This document shows, in pieces, positions 19,304 through 28,146 of a DNA stretch of 64,000 bases. Source of the DNA: Halobacteriovoraceae bacterium (GTDB lineage Bacteria; Bdellovibrionota; Bacteriovoracia; Bacteriovoracales; Bacteriovoracaceae); assembly GCA_963719505.1 (NCBI GenBank), contig CAVRCF010000005.1, positions 288,001-352,000 on the forward strand. Reading direction: 5' to 3'. The position numbers and the translations under genes were made by a program. Each line of letters opens with the position of its first letter. Positions within the stretch are counted from its first letter, which is position 1. The notes under the pieces are model-generated. The model searched no databases, had not been told where the DNA came from, and was given only the letters and a program-made list of their open reading frames with translations.

Positions 19304-20430
19304 AAGTGTGGATTCTCTTTTTTATCCTTTCGCTAAATATAAACGCTATGGTCTGCCAGGAAGGGATGCAAACGACTCAAGTCCTAGAGATAAGTGAGTT
19401 ACTAGAGCTTGCCACAAGTATCGAAAATCGACCCTTTGATCCCTGTGCTCAAACGACTGAGTCCCCTAAAACAAAACAACAACTTTGTTCAATGAAACCC
19501 AGGGACTTTCAAAGTCTGCTCTGTAGCAAAGAAGGAAAAATGGGCTTTGATAATGAAAAAGGACTTTTTGGACTGCCAACAGGAGTGTGTTGGTGGCATT
19601 CACGCTTTCATAGAAATGCAACTTATCTCGCTTATTACTCGCCTGAGAAGAAAAAACTCGATCCCGATAATAAAGAAGATAAAAAACAGCTAAAGAAAAT
19701 TATAAGAAATATCGCTCGTCGAAAAGAAATGGTTGAAATTCCGGGTTATAAATCAATTCGAGAGTTCACTTCAGACCCTAAAAACGAAAAGCTTATTCAA
19801 AGGTTTCTCCAAACCTGGATGGCTGAAGATAGTTTTTTGAAAATGAACTGGGTCAATGGTCTTATCATTCCAAAAAATTACACTCATAAATCCAAAGAAT
19901 TTTATATGCAACAAGGAAAATGGAGACGAAATCCAGAAAGAGACTTGGGTTCAGACAGATTAAATGAGCTTGCTCAAAATGCTTTTGAAAGACGAACCTA
20001 TGACACTGATGAGGAAGAAGAAAAAGCGAGACAAAAAACTCTTGAACACCAACAAAAACAAGTCGACACCCTTTTTGATAATGTCGTCAACCAAGAAGAG
20101 ATCAGCTTCATAACCTTGCAATACCCAGGAGTCACGGCCCACTCACAAATTGTCTTTGATGCAACAAAGTCCCTAAAGGATGGCAAGGCAGTTTATGACT
20201 TTAAAGTTCAAGACTCCAACTATCAAGGCGGACTTTTTGAAAATCCTTTTCAAAAAAATTCTTATTCACAAATTAGATATAATGATGGGATTTGGTATAA
20301 GAGGATAGATCCAGGAACTATGGAGGGAGCATCTTACACGCCAATAAACATAGCAGTTCACAACGACAGAAAGCTAAAAAGGATTCAAAAAGTGTTTAAA
20401 AGAGAGTGTAACAAAGAGCTCTTTAAATAA
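19300..20430 (+). CDS. Secreted protein with putative Cys-His-Asp (papain-like) triad
   Basis: Signal peptide MKVWILFFILSLNINA; motifs GVCWW, AHSQIV and QDSN. Confidence 0.65.
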   Translation: MKVWILFFILSLNINAMVCQEGMQTTQVLEISELLELATSIENRPFDPCAQTTESPKTKQQLCSMKPRDFQSLLCSKEGKMGFDNEKGLFGLPTGVCWWHSRFHRNATYLAYYSPEKKKLDPDNKEDKKQLKKIIRNIARRKEMVEIPGYKSIREFTSDPKNEKLIQRFLQTWMAEDSFLKMNWVNGLIIPKNYTHKSKEFYMQQGKWRRNPERDLGSDRLNELAQNAFERRTYDTDEEEEKARQKTLEHQQKQVDTLFDNVVNQEEISFITLQYPGVTAHSQIVFDATKSLKDGKAVYDFKVQDSNYQGGLFENPFQKNSYSQIRYNDGIWYKRIDPGTMEGASYTPINIAVHNDRKLKRIQKVFKRECNKELFK

Positions 20431-20455
20431 AAAAGGGAAGCTCTCACTTCCCTGT
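20426..20455. terminator. Terminator between convergent genes
   Basis: aataaaaaagggaag-ctctca-cttccct. Confidence 0.75.
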
Positions 20456-20460
20456 TCTTA

Positions 20461-21900
20461 TTATTTCTTTTTCTTAGGATTTTTCTTGGTCGTCTTTTCT
20501 AATTTTTTATAAACCTTCTTCTTGGCGTCTTCTTTGGCCTTCATAATCGAATCAAGTTTTTGGGAAACGTCATCGAGCTCCTCGACAAGTTTCTTTTTAA
20601 TTTTTGCTGGACTCATTAAAATAGCTTCATACTCTTTGATTCTCGACTTATCGTCTTTAATCATAAGAGTTCGCTTCTCGACTTCTTCTTTAGTCATTCT
20701 ATAAATGGCCATGTCAGCAAGATATTCAGCATAAAGAAATTTCTTTTTTGATAGGTAATCAACATAAGATTTTCTATTGGCCTTCTTCTCAGCTTGGTTG
20801 TACTGCTTCTCTTTGATAAAGCGAATGATCTCGTTATTTTTATTGAGTCTTTCTTTGGCATCAATAACTAAAAGTTCGTAGCGTCTTTTAACGACGGCAA
20901 GTCTTTGATGAGTAAAAATCTCAATAATTTGTTCCGCACGATCCAGAACCTTAACCCCTCGCTCAGAAATAAGAGTGTAGTTAGGGACCTGACTGGCAAC
21001 GGTTCCCATCTCTTTTTTGACTTCCTCTAGAGTTGGTGTCTGCCCTCTTTTAAAGACAAGCTCTATATTGATATCGTTATCAACAGTTGAGTCGATATAA
21101 TCTTTAACAAAATCGTTGTCGATATGCTTATTTAAAAACTTATATATTTTTTTGGCGTCATAACCTCTAGGAAGCTCAGTGATAAAAATGGAATCACCTT
21201 TTTTCTCAAACCCCATATGGAAATAAATCTTTCCGCTTTTATCGACGTCAACTTTTTCTGAATAGTTTCTAATCCAAGGTTTAATTTTTTTAGGCTTACC
21301 AGTACTAATAACTTCTTTCATCGAAGCGATAATATCGTTGTGTTTAAAACTTGGAATAACTGAAGAAAACCCAGTTCCGATTCCTTCAGCACCATTGAGA
21401 AGCATGATGGGAAGCTTTGGCAAAAGCCCTAAAGGCTCCATGACTTTCTCATCGTAGTTGGGAACCATTGTCACTTGATTCATATCATCAAAGAGTAAAA
21501 CCTTTGCCACTTCTCCAAGCTTTGCTTCAATATATCTCGCGGCAGCAGCTTGAGTTTCCATTCGCTCTCCGAAGTATCCTTTCTTATCTATAAGAGGATA
21601 ATTATTAGAGAAGGTATAATCTTGGGCCATATTAACGATGGATGATTCAACTGATGCAGGCCCGTGAGGGTGAAGAGTTAAAACCAGTCCCGTCAATGAG
21701 GAGACCTTAACGAGTCCCTTTGATTGGTTTTTAAAAAGTGTATAAAGAATACGTCTTTGACTGGGTTTTAAACCATCTTGAAGATAAGGGATGGCCCGGT
21801 CCATAAGAGTATATATTTGATAAATCCTATATTCATCTTTAACTAGAGTTTCTAGAGGTACCGCTTCAAGAGAATGAAAGTAGGTCGTTTCTTCAATCAT
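20461..21900 (-). CDS. Type IIA DNA topoisomerase subunit A (no beta-pinwheel CTD)
   Basis: RAIP..QDGLKPSQRRILY, HPHG and AAARY (catalytic Tyr); only 479 aa; ends in a Lys-rich tail. Confidence 0.92.
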   Translation of the reverse strand: MIEETTYFHSLEAVPLETLVKDEYRIYQIYTLMDRAIPYLQDGLKPSQRRILYTLFKNQSKGLVKVSSLTGLVLTLHPHGPASVESSIVNMAQDYTFSNNYPLIDKKGYFGERMETQAAAARYIEAKLGEVAKVLLFDDMNQVTMVPNYDEKVMEPLGLLPKLPIMLLNGAEGIGTGFSSVIPSFKHNDIIASMKEVISTGKPKKIKPWIRNYSEKVDVDKSGKIYFHMGFEKKGDSIFITELPRGYDAKKIYKFLNKHIDNDFVKDYIDSTVDNDINIELVFKRGQTPTLEEVKKEMGTVASQVPNYTLISERGVKVLDRAEQIIEIFTHQRLAVVKRRYELLVIDAKERLNKNNEIIRFIKEKQYNQAEKKANRKSYVDYLSKKKFLYAEYLADMAIYRMTKEEVEKRTLMIKDDKSRIKEYEAILMSPAKIKKKLVEELDDVSQKLDSIMKAKEDAKKKVYKKLEKTTKKNPKKKK

Positions 21901-23996
21901 TATTTTTTACTCGCTTTTTTCTTAGATTTTTTAGCTGTTTTCTTTGCTGCTTTTTTAGCTGTTTTCTTGGCCGCTGTCGTTGCTGTTTTCTTAGCAGCAG
22001 CTTTCGCTTTTGCTTGTCCAGTTGCCCCAATATCAACATTCACATCCTCGTCATCAATAAGAAGGTCTTTTCGAAGTTGAGTATCTTTTCCAAAACAGGT
22101 ATGAAGCATATGCTTGGCATCTTTTTTATCTTCGATAATAATTTTTGTGTAGTCACCGCGAGAGAGCACGTGTTTAAAGGCTTCGGGACTCATCTCCCCC
22201 AAACCTTTGTTTCGTTGGATCTCTCTAATTTTTATATTTCCCTTATTCTTAATGCTCTCGAGTTCACTTTCACTCTCAGCATAAATGGGACCTTTATCCG
22301 TAATAATCTCAAAGAGAGGAGCTTTTGCTAGTTGGATACATCCATTATCAAAAAGCTCAGGCCAATAGGTATAAAAGAAATTCGTTAAAAGTGTATTAAT
22401 ATGCCCACCATCAACATCTGAATCGGCGAAGAAAACAATTTTGGGATAGCGAAGTTTTTCAATCTCTGCTGGCTGCCCTAGAGTTAATCCAATACTGGCC
22501 ATAATGTCAGAGAATTCCTGATTCGCAAGAACATCTTTAATCGTCGCCTGGGTAACATTCATGGGCTTTCCACGAAGAGCAATCCCACCTTGATTGAGCT
22601 TATTTCGAGCGGAGCGAAGTCCACCAATAGCCGAATCCCCTTCACAGATAAATAAAGTACACTCGGATCGATCTTTTCTTTGGTTGGCATCCAAAAGTTT
22701 TTCTACTCTTTGCTTCTTTGCTTTTTTCGCCTGTTTACTTGCATCTTTTAAAACATCAAAGCGCTGTCTAGATTTCGCACGCTCCATAATATGCTCAAGA
22801 TATTCTTTATTTTTTCGAATAAATTTAGGCATATAATTATTCATAAAATCATCGATCGCTTTATCGAGATCTTTATCACGAACGAGCTTTCTTTTTGTTT
22901 GAGATTCAAACCTTGGGTTTGGCATAATCACACCAATAACAAAGGTCGTCCCCAAAAGAATATCGTTATCGACAAGATTGATCTTCGCTCGCTTAGCTTC
23001 TCGTTCGAGTTTATCTTTAATCATATTGATATAAAGTCTCTTAAATCTATCGTGATGATAACCACCATCAAAAGTAGGTGTTGAGTTTACAAAAGAGATA
23101 AATCTCTCTCTTTCTTCACTTTCGCGGTCGAGAACCACCGATAGCGACATATCGATTTTTGCTTTATACTTAACTTTTTTAAGGTTCACACCAGAGTAGA
23201 CAAATTTATCCTCTCCAATATTTTGTGCTTTATCATCGCCAATTCTCGCAGCGAGTTCATAAAGACCTTTTTTGAAAAGAAATGACTCTCCGTTAAAAGT
23301 AAATTTTAACCCCGGGTTATTGTAAGCTAAATCAATAATTCTCTTTCTTAAAAGATCCTTATCAATGGTGTTATTTTTATAAACTTCCTTTGCAAGGATG
23401 AGCTCAACTTTTACTCCAGACTTACCCTTAAAAGGTTTTGGTCTCGTTTTATTAATTTTATTTGCACCATCGATAAAAGTGTAAGTCTGCTCTTTTTTGG
23501 AATTGTGATGCTTAACAGTGACTTTAAAATTATCACTGGTTAGACAAGTAGCAGCAGCTCCCAGTCCATTTTGACCAAGTGTTCTAAAGAGAAATCCTTT
23601 GTCATCAACTTCCAAATCTTTAAATTTCGAGCCGGTTCTAAACTCTGAATAAACCATAGGCACTTTATCTAGGGGAAAGCCAATTCCATTATCTTCAACA
23701 ATAACAGTCATGCCATCGTCTTTGAGCGTGGTCTTAACCTCAGAGACATGACCCCGATAAAACTCATCAATACAGTTATCTAGAAGCTCTTCTATGGCCT
23801 TTGACTTTGCCTGATGAAATTGAACGGTTTTAAATTCAAGCGAATCTTCAGTATAGAGATAAGTATCGAGTTCTTCGACATCGTTACTTCCAAAAACCAA
23901 TGTTACCCTGTTTCTACAGTGCCACCTTTGATCTTTGGCCTCAATGACCGCTTCTTTCACTTTTTTTGAACGAGTAGACGCCTTTTTTGCACACAT
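21900..23996 (-). CDS. Type IIA DNA topoisomerase subunit B (GHKL ATPase + TOPRIM) with histone-like C-terminal tail
   Basis: ELLDNCIDE, EDNGIG, GQNGLG, EGDSA, LRGK, DSDVDG and RNKGLGEM; TAATG overlap with subunit A. Confidence 0.92.
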   Translation of the reverse strand: MCAKKASTRSKKVKEAVIEAKDQRWHCRNRVTLVFGSNDVEELDTYLYTEDSLEFKTVQFHQAKSKAIEELLDNCIDEFYRGHVSEVKTTLKDDGMTVIVEDNGIGFPLDKVPMVYSEFRTGSKFKDLEVDDKGFLFRTLGQNGLGAAATCLTSDNFKVTVKHHNSKKEQTYTFIDGANKINKTRPKPFKGKSGVKVELILAKEVYKNNTIDKDLLRKRIIDLAYNNPGLKFTFNGESFLFKKGLYELAARIGDDKAQNIGEDKFVYSGVNLKKVKYKAKIDMSLSVVLDRESEERERFISFVNSTPTFDGGYHHDRFKRLYINMIKDKLEREAKRAKINLVDNDILLGTTFVIGVIMPNPRFESQTKRKLVRDKDLDKAIDDFMNNYMPKFIRKNKEYLEHIMERAKSRQRFDVLKDASKQAKKAKKQRVEKLLDANQRKDRSECTLFICEGDSAIGGLRSARNKLNQGGIALRGKPMNVTQATIKDVLANQEFSDIMASIGLTLGQPAEIEKLRYPKIVFFADSDVDGGHINTLLTNFFYTYWPELFDNGCIQLAKAPLFEIITDKGPIYAESESELESIKNKGNIKIREIQRNKGLGEMSPEAFKHVLSRGDYTKIIIEDKKDAKHMLHTCFGKDTQLRKDLLIDDEDVNVDIGATGQAKAKAAAKKTATTAAKKTAKKAAKKTAKKSKKKASKK

Positions 23997-24071
23997 AGTT
24001 GAAGTCTTCCTTGGCTTTTTTATATACTTTCAGATATTTAGGTTAAGAGCATAAAATGAACGTGAAAAGTC

Positions 24072-24099
24072 TAACTGCGTTATGATTTTATGCCGATAA
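24072..24099 (+). promoter_or_regulatory. Putative sigma28-like promoter
   Basis: GCCGATAA at 24092-24099 with a weak -35 (TAACTGCG). Confidence 0.35.
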
Positions 24100-24110
24100 G
24101 AATTAAGTCT

Positions 24111-24719
24111 ATGAAATTATTAATTAAAATTTTTATATTTAACCTTATCTTGACCTCCTCCACACTTATCGCTGGCGCTGAAGAGGAGAAAACTCTCGAG
24201 GGCTTTTACAAGGATAAGTGGAATCTAACCAAAACATCAATAGAATATCTCAAAAAAGGCGTAATTTTGGCAGAATCAAGCGTCACTAGTGCGGATAAAA
24301 AGCAGGATTTTTCTCTAAAAGCGGCTGCTGTTCACCCAAAAAACTGCACAAAAGTTCTCCGAAAGCTCTCGATGCTTGAAAATTATGATGAATGGATCTC
24401 TTTTATTAAGAAGTCTGACTACTCTGAAAAGAGAAAGCTAGCGACCATAAAAGCTGACCACGCCCTTCTTCCCTATCCGATGATCGTTCATGTCTTCGTG
24501 GAAAGGCCCACCAAACCTGGAATCTACCCCTTTAGCTTTCCAACCGGCCTTTTTAAAGGTCTTACTGGAACCTTTACCATTGATGAGCGTCAGGGAAAAT
24601 GCATGGTTTTCTCTAAAAGCCACTGGAGCGGAGAGAAACAACTTCCAGATTTTGCCGTCTCACTCTTTGCTGAAACTCTAACGAAGCTTGCCGGTCAGGT
24701 ATTGTTTAGAAAAATTTAA
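24111..24719 (+). CDS. Secreted hypothetical protein (possible START/SRPBCC-like fold)
   Basis: Signal peptide from ATG 24111; ENYDEWISFIKKS resembles a START-type segment. Confidence 0.6.
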   Translation: MKLLIKIFIFNLILTSSTLIAGAEEEKTLEGFYKDKWNLTKTSIEYLKKGVILAESSVTSADKKQDFSLKAAAVHPKNCTKVLRKLSMLENYDEWISFIKKSDYSEKRKLATIKADHALLPYPMIVHVFVERPTKPGIYPFSFPTGLFKGLTGTFTIDERQGKCMVFSKSHWSGEKQLPDFAVSLFAETLTKLAGQVLFRKI

Positions 24720-24768
24720 TTACTGCATTGTTTCTTTCTTTTTACGCTAAAGCACGTATATTCAACCC

Positions 24769-25206
24769 ATGGAAGTGAGACAAGTAGAAACAAAAGACAC
24801 GATGTATATAAGAAAACAAGTCCTCAGACCACAGGGAACTATGGAAGAGTGCATGTTTGAAGGTGATAGTAACGAGTCAACTTTTCACCTTGGCGCCTAT
24901 ATCGACGAACAGCTTGCCTCCGTAGCTTCATTCTACCTCGATAGTCATCCCAAAATTAGAGATACTTACCAATATAGATTAAGGGGAATGGCAACGCTTC
25001 CTGAGTTCCGCTCTCGCGGTTTAAGCCAAGCACTTTTGCAGACGGCTTTCCCTCTTATCAAACAAAATAATATCGAGACACTTTGGTGTAATGCACGGGT
25101 TTCGGCCCAAGGTTTTTATGAAAAAGTGGGCTTTGAGGTGGTAAGTGAGGTCTTTGATATCCCAAATATCGGCCCCCATGTGGTGATGATTAAACAGATC
25201 ACTTAA
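24769..25206 (+). CDS. GNAT acetyltransferase (YitI/ElaA-like)
   Basis: IRKQVLRP, LRGMATLPEFRSRG, WCNAR...GFYEK.GF and GPH. Confidence 0.9.
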   Translation: MEVRQVETKDTMYIRKQVLRPQGTMEECMFEGDSNESTFHLGAYIDEQLASVASFYLDSHPKIRDTYQYRLRGMATLPEFRSRGLSQALLQTAFPLIKQNNIETLWCNARVSAQGFYEKVGFEVVSEVFDIPNIGPHVVMIKQIT

Positions 25207-25290
25207 AAAGCTTTTCCAAGTGTAAAATTTTCTAAAACCCTAGAACCCAAAAGCTCAAAGAGTTATCCTCTAGATCTCTAGGAGCTTTAT

Positions 25291-25920
25291 ATCTACCAAT
25301 CACTTCGAGTTTTTTTATTCATTTGTGCCTTTTTATCTCAGTTGGGATTTGTTCAAGCTCAAGACACCACCTTGGTCGATCTTCAAGATCACTTGGGATA
25401 CAGAAACTATAGCGAAGTCGCTACCCTTACCGAAGATGAGAATTGGGCCATAATGTCTTATGGCTTTACGGATGAAGTGGACTACCAAGATATCAATGGC
25501 TTTTTGAGATTTGGAGTAAACTATGACCTCTATAATCAAAGCGTCTCAAGTGTTACCAAGTTGATAGAACATATAAAAAGTGCAGCCGATAAGCTTCCTC
25601 GTATGCCAAAAAACTTGATCACTTATAGAGGGTTAAAACTAAAATGGAGAGAGGATAGATGTTTTATAAAAGGAGAGGTTCTGCAGGATCCCGCTTTTTT
25701 ATCCACCACCTTAAAATTGTCGACTGCCAGACATTTTGCCTTTTATAAACAAAGTGGCAAGGGTGCCCTTTTAACAATCAGTCTCTCCAATGAAAAAAGA
25801 GGGATTTTAATATCAGAAAATAATGAAAACGAAGTTCTCTTTATGCCAAACACAAGCCTAACTATCACTTCATCTTTTATTAAAAATGGTGAATGTTACG
25901 CCTTCGCCCACCTAGATTAG
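25291..25920 (+). CDS. Putative secreted ADP-ribosyltransferase (VIP2/C3-like, R-S-ExE)
   Basis: Y..INGFLR, TYRG, FLSTT and ENENEVL. The frame extends upstream of TTG 25342 through a signal-peptide-like segment to ATC 25291, which follows AGGAG. Confidence 0.8.
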   Translation: MYQSLRVFLFICAFLSQLGFVQAQDTTLVDLQDHLGYRNYSEVATLTEDENWAIMSYGFTDEVDYQDINGFLRFGVNYDLYNQSVSSVTKLIEHIKSAADKLPRMPKNLITYRGLKLKWREDRCFIKGEVLQDPAFLSTTLKLSTARHFAFYKQSGKGALLTISLSNEKRGILISENNENEVLFMPNTSLTITSSFIKNGECYAFAHLD

Positions 25921-25923
25921 GCC

Positions 25924-26298
25924 TTAATAATCTCGCATTTTCATCTGTTCATCCGGATGAAAGCAAAATCTATTTCCACGGGCCTCATTCGTTAATCTTT
26001 GTTGCTCTTTGGCGCAAAGCTCATTGGTTTTAAATTCGTTAAAAAATGCACAAGGAAGTCTTCTTTCTAGATCGAGAAGAGCTTCTTTTCGCTGGGTCTT
26101 GCACCGGTTGTATTCAAGTTTTTTCGTACAAACCCAGTGGTCAGTATTGCAGTCATAAACCAGATACTCTCCCCGCAAATAATAGGCATCTAGGGCAGGA
26201 TCTGAGTTATCAAAATCACTCCCCTGCGATCCGCTTTGAGCGTAGACATCGATGACGACACAGATACAGAGAATGAAAAATAATAAAACAAACCTCAT
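25924..26298 (-). CDS. Secreted Cys-rich hypothetical protein
   Basis: Signal peptide; six Cys in the mature part; possible TTGAGTTC-N11-TCCGATAA promoter upstream on the minus strand. Confidence 0.65.
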   Translation of the reverse strand: MRFVLLFFILCICVVIDVYAQSGSQGSDFDNSDPALDAYYLRGEYLVYDCNTDHWVCTKKLEYNRCKTQRKEALLDLERRLPCAFFNEFKTNELCAKEQQRLTNEARGNRFCFHPDEQMKMRDY

Positions 26299-26390
26299 AG
26301 ATTCCCATTTTTAGTTTAAAAAGATAACTTTACATGTTATTTTAATACCTTATCGGAACATTTAAAAAGAACTCAATAAAAAAGGCATAT

Positions 26391-28145
26391 ATGAGCGTTT
26401 TACTCCACAACTCAGTCAAATTAGAAATAGCAAAATCTATAAATAAAGCTATTAGTAAGGCTTATCCAGACTCAGAAGCGCTGACAGAGAAGTCAATTTA
26501 TGACGGCCTAACAACCGCGCCTAATTTTAAAATGGGTCATTTGGCTTTTGGCTGCTTTCCCCTAGCGAAAGCCCTGCGAGGAAATCCAGCCGCTATCGCC
26601 ACTGAGGTTCAAAAAAATATTGATTCTTCTGGTTTTATCGCCAGCACCCAAACAGCAGGACCCTATATCAATATCTTTTTAAAGACTGATGAGATTGCCA
26701 AAACTATTTTTTCACAGATTGAAAATGGATCGTTTTTTGAAAAAAAGATAACTGAAAATTCCCCCAAAACCATTATTGAATTCTCTCAACCAAATACCCA
26801 CAAAGAACTTCACGTGGGACATATGAGAAATCTGTGTTTGGGAGACGCTATTATTAAGCTCCACAGGTATTGTAACTACCCAACTCTATCCACTACCTTT
26901 CCAGGTGACGTTGGGACCCATGTAGCAAAATGTCTATGGTATTTTAAAAAGCATAACAAAGAAGAAGTTCCAGCGACTCGTAAAGGGGCTTGGCTTGGTA
27001 CACTCTACACTAAAGGAAATAATCTTTTAGAGGAACAAAAAGGCACTGATCACGAAGAAGAAAATAGAGCAGAGCTCACCGCGATTTTAAAGCAGCTTGA
27101 GGCTAAAAGTGGAGAGTATTACGATCTTTGGGTTGAGACTCGTCAGTGGTCGGTGGATCTTATGAATGAGGTTTACGCTTGGGCCGGTGTTACTTTTGAC
27201 TCTTGGTACTGGGAAAGTGATGTCGATAGTGAGTCAGTAAAACTGATTAAAAAATATCAAGACAGTGGTCTTTTTAAAGAGGATCAAGGAGCTGTGGGTA
27301 TAGATCTTTCTGAGGATAAACTGGGTTTTTGTATTCTTTTAAAGTCAGATGGAACAGGCCTCTATGCCACAAAAGATATTGAGCTTGCGAGACGAAAATT
27401 TGAAGATCACAAGGTTGAAAAAAGTATTTATGTTGTGGACAATAGACAGTCTCATCACTTTAAACAAGTCTTTAATGTTCTGGATAAAATGGGGTTTGAA
27501 AATGCAAAAAATTGCTTTCATCTCCAATATGAAATGGTTGAATTAAGTGACGGAGCGATGAGTTCGAGAAAGGGAAATATTGTGGCCTTGCAAAGTCTCA
27601 TCGAGAGCATGGTGGCAAAAATAAAAACTGACTATCTTGCAAAATACCGTGATGAATGGTCACAAGAAGAAATTGATCACACAGCAAAAATCGTTGCCAG
27701 TGGTGCCATAAAATATGGAATGACCAGAGTCGACTCCAATAAAAAAATAGTTTTCCAAATGGATGAATGGCTCAAGCTCGATGGAGAAAGTGGACCTTAT
27801 ATCCAGTACGTTCACGCCAGAATCCACTCAATGGTTGAAAAGTTAAAAGGTGATTATAAGTCTGACTACTCACAGCTATCAACTGATAATGAGAAACAAA
27901 TCATTATTAAACTTTCAGAATTTAACTCTGTCGTCGAATCAGCATGTGAAGAATATAAAACACATCTTTTAACTGGATATCTCTACGATCTATCAAAACT
28001 CTTTAATTCTTTTTACGCCGAGTCTCAAATTTCAAACGCTGAAGAAGGTATAAAGGGAGCGAGACTTGAGATGTGTGAATCAGTCTCTTTAGTTCTCAAA
28101 AAAGGTCTCGAACTTTTAGGGATAGAGGCGCCAAAGAGAATGTAA
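26391..28145 (+). CDS. argS: Arginine--tRNA ligase
   Basis: EFSQPNTHKELHVGH (HIGH motif), MSSRKGN, GPYIQYVHARI and C-terminal PKRM. Confidence 0.97.
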   Translation: MSVLLHNSVKLEIAKSINKAISKAYPDSEALTEKSIYDGLTTAPNFKMGHLAFGCFPLAKALRGNPAAIATEVQKNIDSSGFIASTQTAGPYINIFLKTDEIAKTIFSQIENGSFFEKKITENSPKTIIEFSQPNTHKELHVGHMRNLCLGDAIIKLHRYCNYPTLSTTFPGDVGTHVAKCLWYFKKHNKEEVPATRKGAWLGTLYTKGNNLLEEQKGTDHEEENRAELTAILKQLEAKSGEYYDLWVETRQWSVDLMNEVYAWAGVTFDSWYWESDVDSESVKLIKKYQDSGLFKEDQGAVGIDLSEDKLGFCILLKSDGTGLYATKDIELARRKFEDHKVEKSIYVVDNRQSHHFKQVFNVLDKMGFENAKNCFHLQYEMVELSDGAMSSRKGNIVALQSLIESMVAKIKTDYLAKYRDEWSQEEIDHTAKIVASGAIKYGMTRVDSNKKIVFQMDEWLKLDGESGPYIQYVHARIHSMVEKLKGDYKSDYSQLSTDNEKQIIIKLSEFNSVVESACEEYKTHLLTGYLYDLSKLFNSFYAESQISNAEEGIKGARLEMCESVSLVLKKGLELLGIEAPKRM

Positions 28146-28146
28146 G

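Noticed and set aside
20461-23996. Calling the pair gyrA/gyrB, or a prophage
   Set aside because: There is no GyrA box or CTD and the motifs diverge from gyrase; no phage structural, integrase or replication genes flank it.
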